Part shown: piece after piece, positions 25,922-34,887 of the stretch
How the letters are laid out: every line of letters starts with the position of its first letter
Numbering within the stretch: position 1 is the stretch's first letter
Assembly (NCBI GenBank): GCA_964416195.1
Contig: CAYQDB010000008.1
Span: forward strand, 76,015 to 140,014
From: an uncultured Ignavibacteriales bacterium
GTDB taxonomy: Bacteria; Zixibacteria; MSB-5A5; GN15; FEB-12
Reading direction: 5' to 3'
DNA: 64,000 bases
Program-made: the position numbers and the translations under genes
The notes under the pieces: generated by a model
What the model saw: only the letters and a program-made list of their open reading frames with translations
Told to the model about the DNA's origin: nothing
Databases searched by the model: none

Positions 25922-27082
25922 ATGAGAGATGTTTGTGTTGTCGGCGTCGGTATGAGTCAGTGGGGCGAGGTGTGGCGAAAATCGCTGCGCCAGCTTTTTG
26001 TCGACGCGGCTCTTAAAGCAATAAACAACTCCGGGGTTGATCACCTCGATTCACTATATGTAGGCTGCATGTCCAGTGGCTTATTTGTCGGGCAGGAACA
26101 TATCGGTGCCTTGATGGCGGATTACCTGGGAATGCAGGGCCTTCCGGCACTACGGGTCGAATCGGCTTGTGCTGGCGGTGGGATGGCTGTCCGGCAGGCC
26201 TTCATCGAGGTAGCGTCGGGGATTTCCGACATTGTTATGGCTGCCGGTGTGGAAAAAATGACCGACTGTTCCGGCGACGATGCCACCTTTGCTCTGGCAA
26301 CAGCAGCCGACCAGGAATACGAGGTATTCCACGGAGCCACCTTCCCTGGTCTTTACGCCATGATGGCCCATGCCCACATGCATAAATACGGCACTACCCG
26401 TGAGATGCTGTCGGCAGTGTCGGTAAAGAATCATAAAAACGGTGCTAAAAACCCGGTCGCTCAGTATCCGTTTGAGATTAAGCCGGAGCAGGTGGCCAAG
26501 TCAGTAATGATTGCCGATCCGCTGCATATTCTCGACTGTTCCCCGATTACTGACGGGGCCGCAGCGGTTATTGTTACAACGCAGGAAGTGGCCAAGAAGC
26601 TGGCCAAGCCATACATTAAGGTGCTTGGCTCCGGTGCGGGGACTGATGCTATGGCCCTTGCCCAGAGAAATGACATAACTACAATCAAAGCCGCTACTCT
26701 CGCTGCTGAGCGCGCTTTGAAGATGGCGAGCAAGACAATCAACGATGTGCAATTTGCCGAGGTGCATGACTGCTTTACTATTGCCGAGATTGTTCTTCTC
26801 GAATCAATGGGACTGTACGAACCCGGCAAGGCCGGTCCGGCCACGCTTGCGGGAGAGACGGCGCTGGATGGCAAGTTTCCGGTGAACTCATCAGGCGGCC
26901 TGAAATCCAAAGGTCACCCGGTGGGAGCTACGGGAGTAGCGCAGATAGTGGAAGTGTACAAACAACTGACCGGTCGAGCGGAGAATGGTCGACAGATTTC
27001 CGGCTCGCTAAAAATCGGTATGGCCCAGAATATGGGTGGTTCCGGAGCGTCTTCGGTTGTGCACATCATGGAGGTGGCGTGA
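25922..27082 (+). CDS. Thiolase (acetyl-CoA acetyltransferase), archaeal/SCP-x type
   Basis: '[13 protein letters not shown]', '[15 protein letters not shown]' (nucleophile Cys), 'VHDCFTIAE', '[16 protein letters not shown]'. Confidence 0.9.
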   Translation: MRDVCVVGVGMSQWGEVWRKSLRQLFVDAALKAINNSGVDHLDSLYVGCMSSGLFVGQEHIGALMADYLGMQGLPALRVESACAGGGMAVRQAFIEVASGISDIVMAAGVEKMTDCSGDDATFALATAADQEYEVFHGATFPGLYAMMAHAHMHKYGTTREMLSAVSVKNHKNGAKNPVAQYPFEIKPEQVAKSVMIADPLHILDCSPITDGAAAVIVTTQEVAKKLAKPYIKVLGSGAGTDAMALAQRNDITTIKAATLAAERALKMASKTINDVQFAEVHDCFTIAEIVLLESMGLYEPGKAGPATLAGETALDGKFPVNSSGGLKSKGHPVGATGVAQIVEVYKQLTGRAENGRQISGSLKIGMAQNMGGSGASSVVHIMEVA

Positions 27083-27483
27083 TGACAATGTTCAGTTCGC
27101 GAAATTGGAGAGAGTATCCGCAGCGTTATCGGCTGGAAGCAAGCAAGTTCAAGAAAAGCGGGAAGACCTACTTCCCCCCCCGCGCCGTTGATCCGGAGAC
27201 CGGAGACACGGAGTTCGAAATTGTCAAACTTCCAGATACCGGCGAGGTTCTCACGTACACGGTTATTCGTGTCGCTCCCGCACAGTGGGGAGATCAATCG
27301 CCGTATGCTCTGGCAATTGTCAAGTTAACAGATGGCACCCGCCTGATGGGTCAGATGACCGACTGCGATGTCGAAGAGGTCAAGATCGGTATGGAAGTAC
27401 GGATCGAGTTTCGCCGCGTCCAGTCCGAGGGTCATCACGGTGTCCTGAGTTACGGTTACAAGTTCGTGCCTAAGTGGTACTAA
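27079..27483 (+). CDS. DUF35 OB-fold protein (thiolase/HMGCS scaffold-type), zinc-ribbon cysteines absent
   Basis: ATGA-type overlap with the thiolase gene. 'YFPPRAV', 'GEVLTYTVI', '[34 protein letters not shown]' and 'YGYKFVP' match the DUF35 OB-fold. The segment where CxxC...CxxC is expected reads '[22 protein letters not shown]'. Confidence 0.8.
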   Translation: MMTMFSSRNWREYPQRYRLEASKFKKSGKTYFPPRAVDPETGDTEFEIVKLPDTGEVLTYTVIRVAPAQWGDQSPYALAIVKLTDGTRLMGQMTDCDVEEVKIGMEVRIEFRRVQSEGHHGVLSYGYKFVPKWY

Positions 27484-27752
27484 CGGCGTTTGTTTACAGA
27501 GCTGTCAGGCGGAGTGATGTTGTCTTAGAAGGCGATTATTCTTGTCTCGCGAAGGATGGGAGCTTGTCTCCCACCAATTACGGCGGCCATAAAGCCTGCC
27601 GCTATACGTAGTTAGTGAATGGCGAATTCATTTGGTGCCGGCCTGTTTCAACTGGAACCGACTTTTAGGACAACCTCGGATTACCTGACGGCACTTGGAA
27701 TGGTGATGACGTTTCTGAACAGTGATTTGCTGTAACACCAAAGGAGGATCGT

Positions 27753-28853
27753 ATGGACCCGCGTGTGCAAAAGCTGGCGAGAGTGTTGATACACTACTCC
27801 ATTAAGCTCAAGAAGGGTCAACTATTCAAGATTGAGGGTGAGGTTGTTACGCTGCCATTGATAAAGGCGGTTTTTGAAGAGGCGATGAAGGTAGGCGCCC
27901 ACCCCTATACCACCATCCGGTTACCTGACAACGAGGAGACCTTTTATAAACGTGCGTCCGATGCCCAGTTGAAGTACATCTCACCTCTAGCCAGGCATGA
28001 GATCAACAAGATGGAGGCCCGTCTGGTTATTCTTGGAAGTGTGAATACCCGCTATCTCTCCGGTATCGATCCGAAGAGACAGGGTATGCATCGGCGGTCG
28101 CAGCGGCCGCTTATTGATCGGTGGTTCAAACGCACCGCCGATAAGTCGATTTCCTGGTGTGTGACGATGTTCCCGGCTGCAGCCGAGGCGCAGGAGATTG
28201 ACATGTCTCTGTCTGATTTTGAGGATTTCGTTTACCGTGCCGGTCATATACACGATGCCGACCCGGTCAAGCACTGGCAGAAAGTAGCAAGGGAGCAGAA
28301 TCGGTTGGTAAGGATACTCAACAGGTTTAATCGCATCCATGTGCGTTCTGCTGACACCGATCTCAAGCTGAGGGTGAAAGGCCGCAAGTGGATCAACTGT
28401 TCCGGTACGGAGAACTTTCCTGATGGTGAGATTTTTACCAGCCCGCTTGAGAACTCGGCCGAAGGTTTCATAAGTTACAGCTTCCCCGCGGTGTACATGG
28501 GTCGAGAGGTCGAGAACGTTCGACTGGAATTCAAACATGGCAGGGTTGTGAAGGAGACGGCCGGAAAGAACCTGTCATATCTGGAGAGCATGCTTGATGT
28601 GGACAAAGGCGCTCGCTACATCGGTGAGTTTGCGATCGGGACCAACTATGCTATAAAGCGGTTCTCAAAGAACATTCTGTTTGACGAAAAGATCGGTGGA
28701 ACCTGCCACGTGGCTGTAGGGGCTTCCATCCCGGAGTCGGGAGGTAAGAACAAAAGCTCGCTCCACTGGGATATGGTCTGTGATCTGAGGAAGGATAGTG
28801 AGATTGTTGCTGACGGGAAGGTGATTTATCGGAACGGGAAATTCACTATCTGA
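27753..28853 (+). CDS. Aminopeptidase, peptidase family M29 (AmpS/aminopeptidase T-like)
   Basis: 'KLARVLIHYSIKLKKGQ', 'FPDGEIFTSP', 'IGEFAIGTN', 'LFDEKIGGTCHVAVG'. GGAGG RBS upstream. Confidence 0.88.
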   Translation: MDPRVQKLARVLIHYSIKLKKGQLFKIEGEVVTLPLIKAVFEEAMKVGAHPYTTIRLPDNEETFYKRASDAQLKYISPLARHEINKMEARLVILGSVNTRYLSGIDPKRQGMHRRSQRPLIDRWFKRTADKSISWCVTMFPAAAEAQEIDMSLSDFEDFVYRAGHIHDADPVKHWQKVAREQNRLVRILNRFNRIHVRSADTDLKLRVKGRKWINCSGTENFPDGEIFTSPLENSAEGFISYSFPAVYMGREVENVRLEFKHGRVVKETAGKNLSYLESMLDVDKGARYIGEFAIGTNYAIKRFSKNILFDEKIGGTCHVAVGASIPESGGKNKSSLHWDMVCDLRKDSEIVADGKVIYRNGKFTI

Positions 28854-28875
28854 AATCGGGATATGATTCAAAGAG

Positions 28876-28906
28876 AAAAGCCGGCGTCAGTGACGCCGGC
28901 TTTTTT
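28876..28906. terminator. Bidirectional rho-independent terminator shared by convergent genes
   Basis: AAAAG-GCCGGCGT-cagtg-ACGCCGGC-TTTTTT, with an A-run upstream and a T-run downstream. Confidence 0.75.
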
Positions 28907-28922
28907 GCTTTCAATATCCACT

Positions 28923-31298
28923 TTAAGGTGTGGCTGGCGGCGTGCCACCCAGGAAGAGGTACGCGACCAGGTAGGTTATGTCCTCTACGGTAAAGGTGTA
29001 ATCTGAGTTCACGTCGCCGGCTTGTAATGACACCGGCGGCGGGCCGCTCAGGAAGAGATGGGCCACGAGGTAGGTTAAGTCGGCTACGTTGATTGACTGG
29101 CTATAGTCGGCGTCCCCCCTGATGACTGTTATGGTGTGAATGGTTCCGGAATGGAATACCGGCTCGTAGCTAAGCATGTCGGAGGTTAGCTCTAAGGCAT
29201 GAATCCCTTTAGTTGTGTCAACGTTGTTGCTCAAGCCTCCGAATGCATAGGGGTCAAGGGTGAAATAGATCTTTAACACCTCTCCGGAGCCAGGTTGCAG
29301 CGGTGGGGAACCGCCACCATCGTCGGCGATTATCTGCACGGTGTATTTGTTGTTGGATGCGTCCCAGAGCAGGAATCTCAGCTTCTCGAAATAGGCCGTG
29401 CGGCTTCCCAATGACACTGAATCGAACGACATGGCCAGTGGAGCTGAACCTTCGAACCTGAAGGGAATCACAAGATTCTCCAGGTCCTGGGAGTTCACCA
29501 CGTCCACGGACATGACAGCCTGGTGCCCGGCGAAAGCCGAGTCAGTTCTGAATGTGGCCGTATCACCCAGCAGAATAATGTACTTGGCTTTTTCTCTGGT
29601 AATATCGCCGTAAGTGCTTGCGATGGTCAATGAGACGTCGTATGCACCGGCGTCGGCATAGTAATGGGATGGGTTTTGGGTGTGGGAGGAATCGCCGTCG
29701 CCGAAAGACCAGGCCCAGGAGCTGGGGGCTATGGTAGAACTATCGTAAAACTGGATGGTTAATGGAGCCTCGCCGAACGTCACATCCGCATAGAAATTAG
29801 CACCCCAGCCCAACGCAGCGTTTACATCGATAATGCCCCAGCCGTAGATGTTGTTTGGCGTGGCTGCATTGTCGGCGGTCTCCATCAGGGCCTGGCGGAT
29901 CAACTGTGGGCCAAAATACGGTTGAGCCTGGACCAGTAGACAGGCAGCCCCGGCCACAAGAGGCGTTGCCAGGGAAGTGCCGCCAACAGCGCCATAGCTG
30001 TCGTCGGACGACGATGTTGCACAAGCCGTGGATACCCCTCTAGCACAAACCTCAGGTTTGGTTCGACCATCGTACGTCGCCCCCCGTGATGAGAACGAGG
30101 CAATCATCCCTGCGGAGTTGACTGCCCCAACCGCCAGTATATCAAAGGCGTCTGCCGGCGCCAGGAGGGTTCCAGAACTTGGGCCGCTGTTGCCCATGGC
30201 GTTGCAGACCACGATTCCCAGACCGGCGGCGGTATTGGCGGCTAAAGTGATGGTGGCAGTGTTGCCGTCTAAGTCTTCGTAGGTGTACCAGTCAGAATAG
30301 CACAGAGAGGATGTTACCACGTCGGCTCCCAGCGTATCCGCCCACTCCAGCGCCGCCACCCAGTTGTCTTCTTCGACCGGCGTCTCTGAGCGGACATCCT
30401 CCGTTTTGGCCAGCAGGAAATTGGCCTTAAAGGCAGGACCGTACTGGACGCCGTCTTTGTGTCCGCCGGAAGTGGACCAGATATATGTGCCGTGATTCCA
30501 CTGGCTGGACCAGTCTTCCGGCTCATTGGCGGTGTTGCTATCATTGAAAACGAAGTCCCATTCAGCGAGCACTCGGCCTTCGGTGTAGTGGGGCGCGAAG
30601 ACTTCGTGAGATTTGCGGTACCCGGTGTCGAAGATCGCCAGGGTTACCCCTTCCCCATGGTATCCTTTTTCGTGCACGGCCGGCACATTGATCTGTTGAA
30701 GCTGCGCGTAGGAGTTACCATAGTTTAGAGCGTCAGGGGCCAGTGATTGTCGGCTGGTCGAATCGTTACGAATTGGCTTAGCTTTTTCCGGCTCACTGCT
30801 GAAGCCTGCTACCGGCTTAATCTGCAATACAAACGGCAGGGCGCCAATCTCCTCAAGTTTCTTAATGGAGATTTCAAAGCTGGCAGCGTTGAGCCATCGG
30901 GATTGTCGCCTTAGTTTACCGCCGTGGTTGATTATCTCATCTATGTAGCCCTGAGCAACCGGCAGATCGGCAAAGACCACATGATCCATCCCCACCTTGG
31001 CCCGTCTTTTCATCACCTTCTCGCTGAGCCTAACAGAGGCCGCTTTGGCATTGAACTCTTCCTTGCTGAAAATGCCTTTGTCGGTGAAGAAGACCCAGAC
31101 CTTGGCAGTTTGACTGTCTCTGCGAACCAGGTAGTCTTGAGCTCTTGCCGAGAGAGGCTCAGTCCCTTTTTCCAGAACTACAGGACCTTCAACCAAAAAG
31201 GATGGGGTGTTTTTGCCCGTGACCGGAGTAGTCGACAGAAATAACAGGATTGTGATTAAAGTAAACGGGTACAGAAGCTTCCTGACACTATGGTTCAT
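28923..31298 (-). CDS. Secreted subtilisin-like serine protease (S8) with a PKD domain, a beta-sandwich (cohesin-like?) module and two C-terminal dockerin-like repeats
   Basis: Signal peptide. Catalytic triad contexts 'LAIFDTGY', 'HGTYIWS' and 'GGTSLATPLVAG'. PKD 'WSFGDGDSSHTQNPSHYYADAGAYDVSLT'. Dockerin-like 'GDADYSQSINVADLTYLVAHLFLSGPPP' and 'GDVNSDYTFTVEDITYLVAYLFLGGTPP'. Confidence 0.88.
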   Translation of the reverse strand: MNHSVRKLLYPFTLITILLFLSTTPVTGKNTPSFLVEGPVVLEKGTEPLSARAQDYLVRRDSQTAKVWVFFTDKGIFSKEEFNAKAASVRLSEKVMKRRAKVGMDHVVFADLPVAQGYIDEIINHGGKLRRQSRWLNAASFEISIKKLEEIGALPFVLQIKPVAGFSSEPEKAKPIRNDSTSRQSLAPDALNYGNSYAQLQQINVPAVHEKGYHGEGVTLAIFDTGYRKSHEVFAPHYTEGRVLAEWDFVFNDSNTANEPEDWSSQWNHGTYIWSTSGGHKDGVQYGPAFKANFLLAKTEDVRSETPVEEDNWVAALEWADTLGADVVTSSLCYSDWYTYEDLDGNTATITLAANTAAGLGIVVCNAMGNSGPSSGTLLAPADAFDILAVGAVNSAGMIASFSSRGATYDGRTKPEVCARGVSTACATSSSDDSYGAVGGTSLATPLVAGAACLLVQAQPYFGPQLIRQALMETADNAATPNNIYGWGIIDVNAALGWGANFYADVTFGEAPLTIQFYDSSTIAPSSWAWSFGDGDSSHTQNPSHYYADAGAYDVSLTIASTYGDITREKAKYIILLGDTATFRTDSAFAGHQAVMSVDVVNSQDLENLVIPFRFEGSAPLAMSFDSVSLGSRTAYFEKLRFLLWDASNNKYTVQIIADDGGGSPPLQPGSGEVLKIYFTLDPYAFGGLSNNVDTTKGIHALELTSDMLSYEPVFHSGTIHTITVIRGDADYSQSINVADLTYLVAHLFLSGPPPVSLQAGDVNSDYTFTVEDITYLVAYLFLGGTPPATP

Positions 31299-31566
31299 TA
31301 GGTGATCCCTTTCACTGAGATTTGTCGTTTAGCTTTTCATGTTGAATGACATGTACTTAATAATAAGGTAGATTCATTTCCGCATTTGTCAACACCAAAT
31401 TGCCGGTCTCCAACTACATGTGGGATAAGTCCCATACTTTCTAATGTGATAAGGTGACGGCTGGTTACACCATCATATAAGTTCCACTCTGTATTCGTCA
31501 TTCTAATGTCATATCGGATAAGATGATACCCGGCGTTAGGTGGTGTTTCGTGCATTTCTCGGGGAG

Positions 31567-31582
31567 GGGCACAGATTATGCT
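31567..31582 (+). promoter_or_regulatory. Candidate sigma-54 (-24/-12) promoter upstream of the prepilin gene
   Basis: gGGCAC-agatt-ATGCt. GG (31568-31569) and GC (31580-31581) are separated by exactly 10 nt, as in TGGCAC-N5-TTGC. It lies about 108 nt upstream of the ATG at 31690. Confidence 0.4.
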
Positions 31583-31689
31583 CAGTCGGATTATGAGACC
31601 GCGACAGGAGTATCTGAAAGTTATTGGAGAACAGATAATGGCTGCAATTGACCGGTCTTTTGGGCTGATGAAGTAAGGTGGTGAAGAAA

Positions 31690-32196
31690 ATGAGAATCAG
31701 GTTTCGTTCAAACTGCGGTATCACTTTAATCGAGATGCTGATTACTGTAGTGATAATTGGAGTTATCTCCGGTATGGCTGTGCCTCGATTCCAGGCAGCT
31801 TGGGAGAAGCTCAGGATCAGGGGGGCCGACCGGGACACAGTTTCAACGCTTCGTCTAGCCCGATCTATGGCTATCACCGGCAAGGACCCCTATGGGGTTT
31901 ACTTTGACGGCAACGCCCTGACCATCACTCTGTTCAAAGATGTTGTGAATCCCAGCTCTAGCGTGTTTGAATCGGGCGATTCGGTGATAAGAATTGATAC
32001 TCTTCCAGGTGAGTTCAATTATCTGGGAACTGACATGTCTAATGATGTTGTAGTTTTTCGGCCCAACGGTTCGGCCAGTTTTGTGGGTGGCGGCAATATT
32101 TCCAGCATGGCTAGTACAGAAACGGTGGTGGGGATTCTGACTCACAATGTGCTGGCCTCTACCGGGCGAATTCAGTCCAGTTCAAGCTACTATTAG
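31690..32196 (+). CDS. Type IV pilin-like / pseudopilin (GspH/FimT-like) with a class III signal peptide
   Basis: 'MRIRFRSNCG|ITLIEMLITVVIIGVISGMAVP'. The short basic leader ends in Gly, with Glu at +5 and a hydrophobic helix. RBS TAAGGTGGTGA upstream. The ORF-track GTG at 31678 is an alternative start. Confidence 0.8.
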   Translation: MRIRFRSNCGITLIEMLITVVIIGVISGMAVPRFQAAWEKLRIRGADRDTVSTLRLARSMAITGKDPYGVYFDGNALTITLFKDVVNPSSSVFESGDSVIRIDTLPGEFNYLGTDMSNDVVVFRPNGSASFVGGGNISSMASTETVVGILTHNVLASTGRIQSSSSYY

Positions 32197-32226
32197 GGCA
32201 TTCCTCTTTATTACCCATCCTCCGGC

Positions 32227-32260
32227 AGGCCTCTCCTTCTTGGGAGAGGCCTTATTCTTT
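32227..32260 (+). terminator. Rho-independent terminator after the pilin gene
   Basis: Perfect 10-bp stem AGGCCTCTCC / GGAGAGGCCT with a 6-nt loop, followed by TATTCTTT. Confidence 0.65.
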
Positions 32261-32467
32261 GCCAATGATTTAAAGCCCCTTTCGATTTCCTTAAAGGGAC
32301 GTCCTCCGAAAGCCGATAACTACTCTATCCATATTTTGGTTGGGGCAGTTATCTGCTATCCGGCTGGAGCAAGAGGCGTTTTTTTCAGAGGAGTCGTTAA
32401 ATGGCAGTTGATAATGCCGATAAATCAAACATAGCAAAGAGCGCGAATTCTAAGCAAAGAGAAGCAT

Positions 32468-33517
32468 ATGTTTTCACGCAAAAGTAAAAGCACCGTTGGG
32501 TTGGACGTTGGCGCTTCCTCGATCAAGCTTGTGAAGCTGGATCATGTCAACTCGGGTCACTCTATCGCTGCTATCGGTATCCGCGAGCTGCCTCCGGAAT
32601 CGATAGTAGCCGGTGAAATCCGGGACCGGGAAGCGGTTATATTTAACATTCAGTCGCTGGTAGACCAGACCGATCCCAAGATCAGGGATGTGGTAGTGTC
32701 GGTTTCTGGTCACGGCGTTATAACCGACCGCTTCACCATCGACAAAAAAACGGGAGCCGAGGCCGAGCAGGCTATCCTGTTCGAGACTGAGCAGCGGGCG
32801 CCCTTTGATGTTGAAGATGTCAGCCTTCACTATCATATAATCAAGGTTGACGACGAAACCAACAAGATGGATGTCCTGTTAGTAGCAGCCCGCAAGGAGT
32901 TTCTGCTGTCGTTTCTGGAGCTGATCACGGACTGTGGCTTGCGGCCGGTTATTGTCGATGACGACGCCCTTGCCGTTTACAACGCCTATGAGCAGAACTA
33001 TGAAGTTGATCCCTCTCGGACAACAGCGCTGATCAACCTCGGTTACGACGTGACCAATGTTACCTATATCGCCGACGGGTTTTATCAGTCAACCCGTGAT
33101 GTCTCAGCAGGGACGCGGGAAATCTATAACGCTATTCAGAAGGAATTCCGATTAAATCCGGAACTGACCAGCAAGGCCATCAAAGGCGAAATGGCCGACT
33201 CGATTGACCAGGACATGCTCAAAGCCACAATTATCTCAGCTACCGATGAGCTTACGTCCGGCATTGAACTGGCCTTCTCCTATTTCAAGTCCCAGGCAAA
33301 AGTGGATACCATTGACTGGGTCGTTCTATCCGGCGGCGGCTCGCTGGTACCGTATCTTCCAGACTTCTTGCAGTCGAAGCTTAATGTACCTTTGGAGATA
33401 GCTAATCCCTTACGCAAGATCGACTATGATCCGGAACTGTGGCAGTATCTGCAGCCGGAGAAGATCGCTCCTCTGTTGACCGTTCCAATTGGTCTGGCGA
33501 TGCGGAAGGTGAGGTAA
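32468..33517 (+). CDS. pilM: Type IV pilus assembly protein PilM (actin-like ATPase fold)
   Basis: 'VGLDVGASSIKLVKL' and 'VLSGGGSLVPYLPDFL'. Position at the head of the pilMNOPQ-type cluster. Confidence 0.9.
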   Translation: MFSRKSKSTVGLDVGASSIKLVKLDHVNSGHSIAAIGIRELPPESIVAGEIRDREAVIFNIQSLVDQTDPKIRDVVVSVSGHGVITDRFTIDKKTGAEAEQAILFETEQRAPFDVEDVSLHYHIIKVDDETNKMDVLLVAARKEFLLSFLELITDCGLRPVIVDDDALAVYNAYEQNYEVDPSRTTALINLGYDVTNVTYIADGFYQSTRDVSAGTREIYNAIQKEFRLNPELTSKAIKGEMADSIDQDMLKATIISATDELTSGIELAFSYFKSQAKVDTIDWVVLSGGGSLVPYLPDFLQSKLNVPLEIANPLRKIDYDPELWQYLQPEKIAPLLTVPIGLAMRKVR

Positions 33518-33524
33518 GGATCAT

Positions 33525-34238
33525 ATGATAGAGATAAACTTACTACCCAAAGAGTATCTCAAGAAATCCGTCCACATCTCTCTCGGCAAAACCGGATTGT
33601 ATGCGGTTGCTGTTGCGGCTGGGGTGATCTTGATGCTTATCGTTGTCACATTCTATCAGATGCACCAAGTGAAAAATCTCGAGCACAATATTGGCAAGGC
33701 ACGACAGAGGGCGGCGATGCTTGAGAAAGACATCAAATTGGTTGACGCCCTGATTGATGTTAAGACCAAGATTACCAGCCGGATGGAAGCCGTGGAGCGT
33801 CTCGACAGTCACCGTTCCACCTGGGTGAGAATCCTTGAGGATATGGGCGCCAACGTACCGGAGTTCGTCTGGTTAGGGCGTTTTAGCGAGGAAGTTATTG
33901 AAGACACTACGACCCAGTCAGGAGAGAAGCAGCAGGCGGAAGCGCAGCCCCCCCCCGCAAGTGTCCCCACGGTGCGCAAAGCTGAGGTTGAGGGATATGC
34001 CTTTACTCTGAATGCTCTGGCGTCGTTCATGATAAAGATGATGCGTTCAGACTACTTTGACGAAGTGGAACTTGTCTCAAGTGATGAAGTCAAGTTCCAA
34101 GATCAAAAGGCCTATAACTTCATCCTAGCGTGCAACTTGCACTATCTGTCGGATGAACATCTTCGAGGTCTGATTGCACAGGCCGGCAATAAAGGCGGTT
34201 CCCAGAAGGGGCAGACCAGCCATAATAGCTTGAATTGA
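33525..34238 (+). CDS. pilN: Type IV pilus assembly protein PilN
   Basis: 'MIEINLLPKEY' followed by a single TM helix and a coiled region. Synteny. Confidence 0.8.
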   Translation: MIEINLLPKEYLKKSVHISLGKTGLYAVAVAAGVILMLIVVTFYQMHQVKNLEHNIGKARQRAAMLEKDIKLVDALIDVKTKITSRMEAVERLDSHRSTWVRILEDMGANVPEFVWLGRFSEEVIEDTTTQSGEKQQAEAQPPPASVPTVRKAEVEGYAFTLNALASFMIKMMRSDYFDEVELVSSDEVKFQDQKAYNFILACNLHYLSDEHLRGLIAQAGNKGGSQKGQTSHNSLN

Positions 34239-34251
34239 GGAAGAGAGGACG

Positions 34252-34872
34252 ATGAACTTCAAGGATGCTAAGATACAGAAAATCGCGCTGGGCGCGCTGG
34301 CTTTCTTTATCGTCGTCTATTTTTGGTATACTCGGTTGTATACGACCTACGACAATCAGATAGCGTTGAAGAGCCAGGAATTTGAAACAATTACCACTAA
34401 CCTGAGAAATGTTGAGATGAAGGCCAAGTCGCTGGATGCGCTGCAACTGGAGTATGTTGATCTAGTAGGTCGCTACCACGAGATTGAAGCCTTGCTGCCG
34501 GAAGCAAAGCAGATTCCCTCGCTCTTGGTCCAGCTTCATACAGCTTCCTCGCTGACCGGAACAAAGATCACTCGGGTTCAGCCTCTTCCCAACGAGTCGG
34601 AAGAGTTTTACAATATCACGTCATTTGAAATCGAAATGACCGGGACCTACCATGATTTCGGACGTTTTATCGGCTATGTTGCCAATTTTCCTTTTATAGC
34701 AAACGTTTCAGATATGACCTTGACCTCCCTCAACGTTGCCATCGGGAAACCGGCCGCTGCTGAAAAAACGGGTCCGGAGGAAATGAAGAAGAAAGAAACC
34801 ATGTCAGCCGTCTTTACTCTTTCCACATATTTTGTGAAAGAGGGGGAACGGCTTCAGGAGCTTGCCCTGTAG
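34252..34872 (+). CDS. pilO: Type IV pilus assembly protein PilO
   Basis: N-terminal TM helix, coiled coil, 'LLPEAKQIPSLLVQL' and 'GTYHDFGRFIGYVANFPFI'. Synteny. Confidence 0.75.
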   Translation: MNFKDAKIQKIALGALAFFIVVYFWYTRLYTTYDNQIALKSQEFETITTNLRNVEMKAKSLDALQLEYVDLVGRYHEIEALLPEAKQIPSLLVQLHTASSLTGTKITRVQPLPNESEEFYNITSFEIEMTGTYHDFGRFIGYVANFPFIANVSDMTLTSLNVAIGKPAAAEKTGPEEMKKKETMSAVFTLSTYFVKEGERLQELAL

Positions 34873-34887
34873 GAGGTGGACGAATCA

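Noticed and set aside
31337-31555. 72-aa minus-strand ORF, and a roughly 33-aa plus-strand ORF near 31578, in the AT-rich spacer between the S8 protease and the pilin gene
   Set aside because: No RBS, motif or conservation is assessable. The region is more plausibly a divergent regulatory spacer that contains the sigma-54 candidate.
32342-32357. Sigma-54-like 'GGGGCAGTTATCTGCT' upstream of pilM
   Set aside because: The GG...GC spacing is 9 nt rather than 10, and the -24 element is GGCAG rather than GGCAC.
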